The notes: generated by a model not told the origin, from the letters alone. DNA of 64,000 nt from Octopus vulgaris (GCA_951406725.2 OX597833.1:42160001-42224000), one strand, 5' to 3'; counted from the stretch's first letter, positions 39,458 to 51,709 are shown. Program-made: numbers and translations.

Positions 39458-41720
39458 GACAGGCTTCTTTCAGTTTCCGTCTACCAAATCCACTCACAAG
39501 GCTTTGGTTGGCCCGAGGTTATAGTAGAAGACACTTGTCCAAGGTGCCACGCAGTGGGACTGAACCCGGAACCATGTGGTTGGTAAACAAGCTACTTACC
39601 ACACAGCCACTCCTGCGCCTATTACTGTTAACTACTTTTATACACCTGTCACAAATGAAGTCAACCTTCTCTGTCAGCTTGCCTATGATCTCATTACTTT
39701 GCTAGTTTACATGGGCATGCTATAAAAAATTTCTACTTCTCCTTTTTGGTGTATGGATCATCGTCACTTTTCCAATGAAAATAGTGTCCTGCTTTTCCTG
39801 CTGACTAAAACAAATTTTTGCAATGTTTACTTTGAGGCTTCTTAATTCTAGCTGATAATAATTGAGCCCTGATATATATATTAACTTGCATGCTAAATTC
39901 CTCACTGGATGACACTTCTGTACATGGCTTGTATAGTTCTCATAAGCCATTTATCTTTCCTAAGTTTTGTTAGTACAATCAAACTACAACATGTGGAATC
40001 ATGTCAAAAGCCTTTTCCTGATCAACAAAAGTTAGGTAGACTGATTTACTTGTAGCTAAGTACTTCTTTCTATCTTTGCTTCACAAGGGAAATGTCATTA
40101 GTTGCACCTCATTTTGGCCGCACCTTGTCTCAAAATCAGTTACATTAAAACCCTTTTAGTGACTTATTTTAATCTGGCCTATCATTTTATTGTCTGTTGT
40201 TGCCTTTGTTAGAGCATCTCAGTTGCCATTGTGGCAGTTGGTAATGATACTGTTATACCAATCATTGGCTATAACACCTTCTCATACTATCTGATTGACT
40301 ATGCAAGTGACTGGTGCATGACCTACTTTGCCAAATATTCTAAGCATTTCAGAAACTGTCCTTGATGGTCTGCTGCCTTCTCAGTTTTCATATTCTTAAT
40401 TGTGCTTTTAAGTGTATGGCTGTCAACTTCAACAGATGAGCCTTTTGTTAGATGTATTTGGAGTATTCCCTCTCTCTCACATGCATTCTCTTCACTGATT
40501 AATGTCTTGTAATAGCATTTTCAAGCCTCTTTCTTTTCTTTGTCATTTTAGTGAATTGCTTTAATTCATATGTACTTTTACCTAACACCCCCATGCCTCT
40601 GATTGTTACCTTGTAGAACATGTGCAAACCTCATTCTGCTTCGGTCCTTGCTAAGTATATTTGATATCTAGCTTCCCTTCCAGCTACTTGATATTGTTCT
40701 TTGCTGAGCCTTCTCTTCCAGTCTTTCCAGGCCTATCACTTAGCTCTTATGGCACTATCCTATCTACAATATTGTTCCACTATTATGTCTCTTTCTCTCT
40801 GGCTGCAACCTTTCATCACAAATCTGGTCTATAACACTTGGTAGGTTGTCTCTTCAAAAAACTCCCTATTAAGTCTTTGTCTCTTCCTCCTTCTCATCAT
40901 ATATGTCAATTAATGCTTCTCCGAACCTACAACTGCTCAAGGGCTCTTTCAACTTCCATATCTTCCTTCTCCAGGGTGTCTTGTCTCTTTCGGGTACGTC
41001 TGGTTCTTACTCTGAAGTCACTAGTCTGTGTTTCTGAATACTAGGTTGTTACCCGGGAAGAATTTAGTATTCTTCATTATCAGTCTATCCTGTATTCTGG
41101 AGTATGTGGCATCTAGCTGTTTTGTATGTTTGCTTGATTGATAGGGGATCAGATAGCGGGTCAGCTTCCTCAAGTCTGTGTTGCATGTGATCAGTTAACT
41201 TATGGAGCCTTGATGCCTCTTCATTCCTCACACTTTATCCATAACCTTTGTACATGATGGAGAAATCATAATGGCGTTGTCATACCCATTAAAATTACCA
41301 GTCAGTAAGTTTACTGTCATTTGTTATTGAGGAGGTCTGCATGAGACCCTTTTTAAAAGTGGTCCTTCAGTTCACCTATCTGCCCTGATTGTGGTACATC
41401 ATCATCATCATCATTTAATGTCCACCTTCCATGCTGGCACAGGCTGGACAGTTTAACAGGATCTGGCAAGCCCAAGGACTGCACCAAGCTCTACTGTCTG
41501 CTTTGGCATCAGTAGATAAATGTTCTGGTTGTTGTCCATGACTGCTTTAAGCTTAATTATTATATTGCACACTCTGACTACCCCATGTAGTCATATGTTC
41601 ATTTCACAGCAGACAATATAACCACTCTGCATCTCTGTTTACCACTCAGAAATACCATTCTTTATGTTAGACACAAAACTTTAGGGCTGCCATCATCAAC
41701 TTCGGCATCATAAATGTAAG
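38740..41720 (-). mobile_element. Old RTE-clade LINE (APE endonuclease + RT), heavily decayed, interrupted by younger repeats
   Basis: Minus KYLATSKSVYLTFVDQEKAFD (~40065-40003), and GNFNG, PQSG and VVRVCNIIIKLK endonuclease-like pieces (41280-41585). Confidence 0.7.
39166..39619 (-). mobile_element. Full-length SINE family A
   Basis: Complete head to (AAAGAGT)n-like tail. Confidence 0.9.
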
Positions 41721-42192
41721 TCGAGAAAGATCAAAGTGATACTGCTGTAGTGGCACATATGCTGTGATTCTTAGTTCTTTTCTTTTGTGGAATGTGGCTG
41801 AGATTAATTCTATTTTACTTCTTGTACACAGCACAGTATCTCTTCAATTTCTCCTGACCTAACTTTTATGATGCCAAAGCAGAAGTTGGCAACCATAAAG
41901 TTTTGTATCTCACATGGTGAGGGCCTTTGCTTGCAGTGAGAGGGTAGATTGGTATCTCATTTCTGCATATAAGAAGAAAACTTCTGTGATTCCTTGGTGA
42001 TGATTCAGAAATTCTCATACATAGCCAGATGTTTCCACTATTAATTGATTTGTTATTTATTTCCTCACTCACAAACAAATTACTACTGATAATTATTGAC
42101 ATGGTGTGTGTTAGTCTTTGTTGCTAATTACATGTTAAGTAGCAGAGGGTCTAATCTTTGTTAGATATAGGTAGGCATTATCACTAACAGTA

Positions 42193-42226
<34 letters not shown>

Positions 42227-43229
42227 CATACATACATACATGTATAGATAAATGTCTGTATGTTTGTGTGTATATTTATCTACATACACAAGTATGCATG
42301 TGAGTGTGTGTCTGTTAAATGATGATGATGATGATGATATATATATATATATATATATATATATCTTATCATCATAATTTTTACATCTGCTTGCTGGCAT
42401 AAGTCAGATGGATTTGTGGGGCACAACAACACAACTAGTTGTGACCATAGGACTTTTACAGACCTCTATAATTTCTGAAAAACTACATGAATAGACTTCC
42501 ATTTTTTTTTGTAAATGCTTTTATAAGTCAGTCAAGGGTGAAGAGGCTGTGTTCATGACCTTTAACAGATCCTTCCAGGTTTTTGTTTTATGATGTAGTC
42601 AACTAGAGGAAGCTGAGCTGGTGACCTTTTCTAGCCCTTTCTGAGTTTTTTTTTTAATGTTTTTTGTCAAGGGGATGGTGTAGTACCCATAACTTTAGCA
42701 ACACTCACTGTAACAACTGGAATTGATATTGTTGATGTTCAGCTTGAATTTCCATGTAAAGTTGAAATCTATTAGGGAAAAATATGAGCAGGAAAGAGAA
42801 TGGTGGGTTTGATATTGGTGTCTAGTCTGAATATTTGCAACAAAGTCAGCTTTGCTAATGTTACCCAAGGATGACAATTATGTTGATGGTATTAAACTGA
42901 GTTATGAGGCTATGAAAATATAGAGGTTCTGGTTATGATTGTTATTTCTAAATTATTTCTTCCATATTTTCCCTATTTCTTAGTATGCATGTATGTGTGT
43001 ATATGTGTTAATCTACAATAATGGAATTGCAGACATTATAGATTTGTTACATTGGTACAAGGTCAGATATTGTTTCTTCAGTTGGAAGAGGGATTGAATT
43101 TTGTGACTTTCATGCCTTTCCCAAGTGCGTTAGTTGCATAATAGAAATTAATTACTTATCTTTTCTGCGTATAATAATTGTCACATCAATTAAGCCCTTT
43201 TGGTAACATGTAATATGAATGAATGGGTC

Positions 43230-44560
43230 CTTGTAGTAAATGAAGGAAGGATTATTATTATTGGCGGAATTGTTAGAGCATCTGGCAAAATGATTTGTGG
43301 CATTTGTTCCATCCTCTGTATGTTCTGATCCCCGTCTTTTATTCTTCAGTGGTTGATAAAATGAAGTACCAATCAAATATAAGGGTTGTATAACTGACAA
43401 ATAGGCAGTGAGCTAACAGAATCATTAGTACACTGGGTGAAATCCTTAGCGGTATTTCGTCTGCCGTTACGTTCTGAGTTCAAATTCTGCCAAGGTCGAC
43501 TTTGCCTTTCATCCTTTCGGGGTCGATTAGATAAGTACCAGTTATGCACTGGGGTCGATATAATCGACTTAATCCGTTTGTCTGTCCTTGTTTGTCCTCT
43601 CTGTGTTTAGCCCCTTGTGGGTAGTAAAGAAATAGGTATTTCGTCCATCCTTATATATTCTCAGTTCAAATTCCACAAGGTCGACTTTGCCTCTCATCTT
43701 TTTGGGGCTGATAAAATAAGTACCAGTTGAACACTGGGGTCAATGTAATTGACTTAACTACTCCTGGGTAAGAGTATAAAAACTGCATCCTGCTGCCACA
43801 CCATATCGAGCCAGTGTGACAGAGTAGGCTCATCAAACCAGTATGATCACAAGATTAAATTCATGGCCTCCCAATCAGACCATAGTTGGTAGAGAGAACA
43901 TGTTGAAGACCTCATCCTGCAGTGGACTGAACACGGGTATTCCATTTCAATCCAGCTGATAAATATGTCTCAACCCCTACAAAAATAAAAAAGGAAGTTC
44001 TGACTTTGGGCCTGTTGTAAGACATTATTATTTGTCAGGATCATTAGAGCACTGGAAAAATGCCTTGTAATATTAGTTCTGACTCTTTATATTCTGAGTT
44101 CAAATCTCTTCTGTTATTCATATTTTCAGAGCTCATAAAAAAAGTATCGGTCAAGTATTGGAATTAATTTAATCAACTAATCCTTGAAATCTTAGGCCTT
44201 GTGTCAATGTTTAAATCAATTACTGTGTGCTGTGGATTGTTAGAAGAGGTGATGTGTGTCAGGCAAAATCCCCTGTGTTATTTAAAAATAAGTACCAGTT
44301 GAGCATTGGGGTCAATATAATTGTCTTTACTCCCTCCGCCAAAATTTTAGGCCATGTGCCTATAATAGAAAGGATTATTATAGAAGGTGCTAGATGAAAA
44401 AATTGGTAGAACACCATTCAAAAATGGCTTGCAGTTTCTAGTAACATTCTGAGTTCAAATCCTGCTGAGGTTGAATTTGCTGTTCATTCCTCTGAGGTTG
44501 ATAATATAATCACCTATACCTCAGTTACAAAGTACCAGTTAAATATTGAGGTTAGCTACA
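43230..44560. mobile_element. Cluster of SINE family B copies (best 43404-43635, +)
   Basis: Repeated TTCTGAGTTCAAAT..TTCATCC..AAGTACCAG blocks. Further decayed copies at 33095-33300, 47745-48150 and 55225-55355. Confidence 0.75.
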
Positions 44561-44602
44561 CTTCAACTCCTTAAATACTAGTTAAGGGTCAGTCAACTAT
44601 AT

Positions 44603-45001
44603 CAGGCCTGGCCGACTCGAATTACATTGCGGGCCACTTTAATCACAGAAAGTTTTTTTGAGGGGTGCTTGTATATTTTAAAATGTATACATAAATGTGC
44701 GTACATATAAAGGCTAGCAAAAAACTACATACGCATGCTACAAGAATAGAGCACTGCTGACAGAGCTGAAAGCATTTTGCTTTCTCATGCTATTATTACA
44801 ATAATGAATGAATGATCGTTGATTCAATATGAAAATACAGTAGTATCTTTCTTTCTTACTTTTCATTACAATCTTTAATTTTTGATAAAATTTTTTAAAT
44901 GTTTGTTCAGATAAGTCCATTTCAAGAAAGTATCCAGCAGGGCACAAGATAAAAGTCTGCGGGCTGCATGTGGTTCGTTGACCTCAAGTTGGCTAGCCCT
45001 G
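44603..45001. mobile_element. hAT-type MITE
   Basis: Perfect 8-bp TSD AACTATAT (44595-44602, 45002-45009). Ends CAGGCCTGGCCGAC / GTTGGCTAGCCCTG. Confidence 0.9.
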
Positions 45002-45060
45002 AACTATATCTTCCATTGCAAAGCGTAAGACTTCGTGTCTACATATATATATATATAAAA

Positions 45061-45266
45061 TGTGACCTCGTGTGTACCATTGGAGATTTTTTTTTCCTCT
45101 GTCTTCCCTTCTCTGGATCTTTCCTTCTCCTATGTTTCCGACAAAGAGCTCCGCTCGAAACGTTAAACCCTCCTTCTTTCCTTCTTTCCTGAGCGTCCAA
45201 TAATACTATATTTGTTCCACGTCTTCGCATTGTTGTGTTTTTTTGTGCTTTCTTGTTTGGATTAAA
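45061..45266 (+). mobile_element. Solo Penelope-like terminal repeat with mutated hammerhead-like motif (45134-45168)
   Basis: GTTT-CCGACAAA-GAGC-TCC-GCTC-GAAA-CG-TT-AAAC (G8>A). Flanked by (TA)n. Confidence 0.7.
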
Positions 45267-45267
45267 T

Positions 45268-45324
<57 letters not shown>

Positions 45325-45326
<2 letters not shown>

Positions 45327-45566
45327 GGAGTAAACACATAAATGTGAAACAAGGTGGAAAAAAGAGTACTCAAATACCAGTGGTAGAGTAATATGCTTTA
45401 TTTAAAGCAGCAGAAAATTCAACAAAACCTGTTACTCTGAGTTTCCCGTTGCCGTTCATCGGACAGTTTTTGCTAGAATTTCTTTCTAGCAAAAACTGTC
45501 CGATGAACAGCAACGAGAAACTCAGAGTAACAGATTTTGTTGAATTTTCTGCTGCTTTAAATAAAG
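45325..45566. mobile_element. Inverted Penelope-like terminal repeats (83-bp arms) each carrying a hammerhead-like motif
   Basis: 45396-45478 pairs with 45484-45566 (3 mismatches). Motif CTGT-CCGATGA-ACGGCAACGG-GAAA-CTCAGAG-TA-ACAG. (TA)n on both sides. Confidence 0.75.
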
Positions 45567-45598
<32 letters not shown>

Positions 45599-46660
45599 CA
45601 TACACACACATATAAATACATACACACACACACACATGCATATACATACTATGTGTGTGTGTGTGTGAATATATTTATGCATTAGAAGTTATCCTGTCAA
45701 TGAAATTTATTGTTGTGTTCCATGTACTTTTATGCAAGTTATTCTAAATATTTAACTTATTAATTACATATGTAAAGTACAGGTGTTCCTCTTATTTTCT
45801 CTTTCTACTCCACCCTTTTCTTTCTCTTCCTTTGGCAAGTGCTCTATTTAGATTCTGAAATAGTGAAGAAACCATAGTCGTAGTAATGTATTTGATAGGA
45901 AACCCAATGTAAGCTAACTTAAACTTTTGTAAGAAATTTTAATCATAAATTTATTGGGATTCGTTAACTGAAACAACTTGTGTGTTAGTATTTATTTTGT
46001 TTCATAAGAAGACTATATCATGAAACAATTTAAGAAAAATATTTTACAATTTTAAGGCTTAACTGGGAAAGTATGTAATTTTTTTTCTTTTAATCTTAAA
46101 ACTTGAAATTATAGGGAAATTTATGATTAAAGCCCTAAATGAAAAAAAAAACATAGGAATTAACACGATTTTTCAATTTTAAAACTTAAATAAAAAAAGA
46201 AAAAAAATTACAAAAACTGGAAAATTTATGATTTTCCAATTTTAAAATGCAGATTATTTTAGTTCAATCCGTTGAAAATGTTTTGTTCTACATTTCTAGC
46301 ATGTTTTTATCTTTTTATTGAATTTCTTTGCTGTTCTTTACTTTTGCTTATAGGATTTCTTATAACATATATTTAATACCTATCATATTTGATTATGTTC
46401 CTTGGCACCTGATCTGTCAGAATATAATTACAATGAGCATTCTGAAAATATTTTCTGTTTCAGGCTCTAATATTCCATAAGAAATTTGGAATATCTAATA
46501 TCTATGTTTTTATTATCAAATCTGTATCAGTTTTTAAAAGGTTATATCAACTCCCTTTAGAGGGATCTTAGAGATTTCAAGTGTTTTTGATTATGAAATA
46601 TTTGGAATTTAAAAATTTTTCATGAAATTCATTTTATCCGGAGGAAGAAAATTTGTATGT

Positions 46661-46872
46661 TTAACCCTTTTGTTACTGTATTTATTTTGAGATGCTCTCT
46701 GTTTCTTTCGGTTACTTTAAATTATAACAAAGAATTGAGTAAAATAACTTAGTTATCATTCAGCTAGTGTTAGGAACATAACTTGGGACTAAGGCTTGGT
46801 GGAAGATTTTAATTCAAAACTTGTACTCAGTGCCAGAGCTGGATTCAACTGGGTTGGTAATGAAAGGGTGAA
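46661..46872. mobile_element. TTAA-type (piggyBac-like) MITE
   Basis: TTAACCCTTTTGTTAC ... GTAATGAAAGGGTGAA. Homologous to 59975-60202. Confidence 0.75.
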
Positions 46873-48396
46873 GAAATGTTCATTTTATAACATATGCTTA
46901 GTTAGCTTTAAGCTTATGTTAGAAAATTATCATCATCATCATTATTATTATTAGGTAGAAGTCATAGAGTATGGGCTAAATGTTCCTTTGTGTTCTGATT
47001 TCAAATCCCAGTAGGGATGACCTTACACTTTACCCTCTGGAAAGAGGGATCAATAAAATAAATATTCCTCAAATACTGAGGTCACTTTAATTAACTGTAT
47101 CTTCACTCAAGATTTATTATCTTGTATGGATATTAGAAATCAGGAGGTGCAGCCCCATTCCCCTCCCTCAGTAAATTTGCTGTGTGAGTAATGGTGAGTG
47201 AGAGTGGAGGATATTGCTGGAGTGAGTGGGTCTACTCTCATCATGCATCTGGCTGGAGAACACAGCTGGGAAAATAGCACTTGCTACTAGTATTCCTTTC
47301 TATATTGTTCTTTTATATGCTTGTTATCTTGATTTTGTTAAACTGCTTCTGTTTTGTAATGTCCCTCTCTTCGATTATCCTTGTGGCAGAATTTTTTTTT
47401 ATAGGTTATTTACTTATCTGAAGCAAATCTTGAGAAGGAAGATCTAGTCTATGTTTTGTTTTCGTATCTTTTGAGCTTAATTGAAAGATAACCGAGAAAA
47501 TGTAACATTTTTATATAATTGAAATTCCAATTTATGATGTAAATTCTTGTTGACTCCAGCTGTCTTCACTTTCACAGGGCAATAAAAATTTTGTAGTAAT
47601 CCTGAAATGAGTTTCCTAATATGAAAATCTGTCACTGAATATATTTTTAAGGACTCATGAGGTTTACCACTATGGGCATACAAATAATGTTTAGAGAATC
47701 GGTTTGATGTGATCTTAATCAATAGTTATCATTGTTACATGTCAGTGGATTGACAGAAGCACTAGAATATCAGATTAAAATGCCCCTTGTATTTGTTCTG
47801 AGTTCAAAATCCCACTGAGGCAAACTTTGCTTTTTGTCTTTCTGTGGGTCTATAAAATAAAGTATCAGTCATGTATTGGGGTGAATTTAATTGGCTAACA
47901 CCTCCACCCAAATTGCTGGCCTTATGCATAAATTAAAAATTACCGGTGGTGGATTGGTAGAATCAGTAGAGCATCAGACAAAATCCCTTGTGGCATTTCA
48001 GTTCTTTACATTCTGAATTCAAATATCACTGAGGTCAACTTTACCTTTCATCCTTTCAGAGTTTATAAAATAAAATACCAGTCAAGTACTGGAGTCAGTG
48101 TAAGTGACTAACCCTTTCCTCCCAAAATTACTGTCCCTGCACCTTAATTAGAAATAATTATCTTATCAGTGCTGTCACAGTCACAAAAATGGTCTGCAAT
48201 GTAGCTAGATAGGTGTATCGTATTAATTTTGGTTTAGGACATAAATAATGTTGTATATAGCTAAAAAAATTTTGAGAGGTTGTTGAGGAAGACTTAGTTG
48301 CTTTATTGAACAAGTGATGCAACTACATAAACATTCCTCTTTTGTAACACAATTGAGCTATTATTTTTTTTATTGTTTAGTAAGGAGTAAGAAGCG

Positions 48397-48530
48397 ATGT
48401 CCATGCCATTTGCAAGTTTTTCTCTCAGGCTGATGGGATTGATATGGCCGATGTCTAGTTTGAACTTCTATAAGTTAGTGTCTGCAGCGGAGGAAGGAAA
48501 CTTAAATTCTGGAGCTATCAAGATTCTAAG
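48397..48530 (+). CDS. Candidate host coding exon MSMPFASFSLRLMGLIWPMSSLNFYKLVSAAEEGNLNSGAIKIL, ankyrin-like motif
   Basis: T-rich acceptors TTGTTTAG (48380) and TTTCTCTCAG (48428), higher GC, donor AAG/GTAGAC at 48531. LVSAAEEGNL resembles an ankyrin-repeat helix. Confidence 0.35.
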
Positions 48531-48649
48531 GTAGACACACACAACTGTTCAGTTGTGTGCATGTCTATGATTTAAGATAAATTGTTACAAATGGGGATTA
48601 TGATTATGTATGACAGCAAGCATGGTGGATGCAAGCATATATATATATA

Positions 48650-48691
<42 letters not shown>

Positions 48692-48759
48692 GTGTGCTGT
48701 TCTGTTTTAGGTAGGGTCAACAAAAGAAGTAGTCCATCCAGTGAGAGATAAATATTTAA

Positions 48760-48881
48760 TATACACAGGATTTAAATGCAAGCAACTATTAGTTTCATGC
48801 CTTGAAACAGAATACTCTAACAAGCTTGTTTTTTTTTGAGGCATGAAACTAAGAGTAGCTTGCATTTAAATCTTGTGTATA
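48760..48881. repeat. Inverted repeat (~43-bp arms), probable Penelope-like terminal repeat fold-back
   Basis: 48760-48802 pairs with 48839-48881 (3 mismatches). Contains CAAGC-TTG(T)nGA-GGCAT-GAAA-CTAAGAG-TA-GCTTG. Confidence 0.6.
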
Positions 48882-48899
48882 CTAAATTATACATATGAT

Positions 48900-49080
48900 A
48901 GATCGGTAGCCACTACACACATTTTTTTTCTCTCCTTGTTTCTTTCTGTGTTCCTTTCTGTGGAAGAGCGTAGGCTCGAAATGTAAAAGACGTTTTCAAT
49001 CCCTGAGCGTTATACTAATACATCTGTTTGTTTTCTACACCACCTGTCTTCGTCTTTTGTTTTTTCGTGAATTCTCCTTA
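48900..49080 (+). mobile_element. Penelope-like terminal repeat with variant hammerhead-like motif (48954-48989)
   Basis: CTTT-CTGTGGAA-GAGC-GTAG-GCTC-GAAA-TG-TA-AAAG. Ends in (TA)n. Confidence 0.62.
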
Positions 49081-51709
49081 TATATATATAAATATATGTA
49101 AAGGACCTCCTTTGGTCAGGGTTGAGCATGTATCTGTACATGAATGCACAGACTTGGACAAATTTTTTTTTGTTGAAGATTAACAGGTGCAAATGCATGC
49201 ACACTGTCTTTCTTCATCATACCATGGATGACGTTTAGGGAAAAGGCTGTCACCTTAGAGCTTATACACCTTGACATGTGTGTTGTCATAGACTTGGTTG
49301 TCAGAATGCAAAGGGTCAGAATAAACACTGCAAGGCATCTCATCTGCTGTAACAGTTCTGCCAATCCAGTAGCCTGGATTGGTACTTGTATTCCAAAGTA
49401 TATTTTATTCCACACTTATTTAGAAATTTGTTCAATCTCAATTTGACTACAAAATAAAATGTAATATAAATTATAGTGATTAAGCTTGTAAAAAAAAAAA
49501 ATAAAAGATTTGTTAATTGTTAATAAGCTCAAAGAAAGCCTTTTATCTGAATTCTTTTGTATTCATAAAACCATCGTTAGCGTCTGTTGATATATTCACA
49601 TATATAAATATGATGGAATGATGTAAGTGAAGGAAATTATATTATATTGTGTTTTTTTTTTGTCTGAGTAGAGTGGGGTGGGTGGGGCTCTTTTTTTTGT
49701 AAATAGAACATGTCTAGAAAATGGTGGGTTTAAGTAAAAAAAAACATTTTTTTTGTTTAATTTTTTGTGAGGGTGTTCATTTTCAGCTGGTGTGGGTGCT
49801 AAAGAGTTAAGAGTGAGCTTAATGGCAATGTTTGAAGAGCTGTTTTGTGTTGAATATGAAATAAAAAATACCCAGGATACTATAGAACACATTGGGAAGA
49901 TTCTTGGGACAGGAAGCATTGTATATCTAGAGGTTGGTACAGATAAAGAAGGGGGTGTGATTGATGTTATTTGTTGTAAATGCTTGGAGTTGGGAGAACT
50001 AAGTAGTGTGATTTGTGTAAAATGTTTAGTTTGGGTGAGAAGACATGCAGTGAACAGATTTCCACAGTAGTAGCTACAATAATAGCATAATACAGTGAAG
50101 GAGTGCATAGATCTCACACTGTTCAATTGTGTGATAGGGTTTGCAGCTGCTGCAGTTTTTGTCTGGCTGCAGTTAGCAGCAGTGAGGAAAGGAGGGGCAA
50201 TATTCTAAATACAAAAGCATTGCTTCACAAAGCAGCTACCTTTTGACATGTAAACAATATACTGAAGTAGCTTGTGTATGTATGTGTGTGTGTGTGTGTG
50301 TGTGCGTGCATGTACGCATATATATAATGTATATATTCTTGGACTTCAGTTTAAGTGAGATTAAGTTATTGTTATATTTGGGACCCTAACTTTAAAGTGG
50401 TTATTGTAATATTTTGTTTATTATTGAAATTGTCTGATAGAATTATTGTAAACTTAACCAATTGCAATGGTAATCTTCCCCAGGTTACTTGCTGCAAATG
50501 CTTTTATATAGCTTAGCAAGCATCTGTTTCTCATATATTTGCAGGACATTCATTAAACAGTCATATAAAGATTATAAAGACATTATATACTCATTGCTCG
50601 TACATCAGTGCCTGTTTCCTTCTATGCATAAATTCACTTTATTTCTTTTGTATTGTGCTATGTACCTCTTGCAGTGCATTAGGTTTATATGTATAGATTT
50701 ATCAAGTTGTTACATGCGGATATGCTGTTGATGAACTGATCCAACTGACCTAGAACCAAAGTGTTCCAGCCATGACCATACCTTCTCCTTTTCTGGCAGT
50801 GTATCTAGTCATATGATTGTTTTCCCAGGTCTGCCCTAATTCAATAGACCTAAGACCAAAGGCATTCCAATCATAACCACCTCGTTCTTTTGTTTTCAAG
50901 CCTTGTATAAGTGGTGCTACATCTCCTGTTTTTTCCTTTTTTTAATGACAGCGTTTGTTTGAGAGCAATTCAGCTTTTAATATTTAGGAGATCAAGTAAC
51001 TGCATGAAGGAAGGAATAGTAAACATATATGTATCCACACGTGCCAATCTAACACACTAATATCATTCTTAAAGATAAATATGGTGCAGTAGATAAGATA
51101 ATTATTGTTGTTATTTAACTTCAAGCCAACTCTGATTAAACAAATCTATGCGCAGGAGCATTCCAAATGTAACCATCCTATCTTTTTAGGGCTATTTCTG
51201 TCCTTTCCCTTTTCAATACAGTAGAGAATCTTTGAAATGACCAAACTTAACCTGGTCCTAATTAATTTATTGCGACTGATGTAGTTGTAATAAAAAAACT
51301 TTTATGAAATCTTATCATCTCGACCAAACAAATACCTGAGTCCATGAATGGAACTTGTAATGTAAAATGATATTGTCAAGAAATACAATTAAATTGTCTG
51401 TCTAGTCCTTCTTCATTGACACTTCTATCATTAACTCCTCTTTCCTGAGTCATTTAATAACTCCATACCAGGTCATCCAAAATAAGTAAATTCCATCCAT
51501 TCTGCAACTGCATTTGTTCACAAGTGTTATGACTATAGGTCATCCATTATATAATGAGTATTATATAATCGATGTGAGTGCATCATTGCTCTCTTCCCTC
51601 TTCATGCATGTTATATGTTATTGAAACAATTGTAAACCATGAAATAAATGTAATACTAACATTTCCATTCTTCCCTTATATATATATATATATATAGGGA
51701 GAGTTTAAG

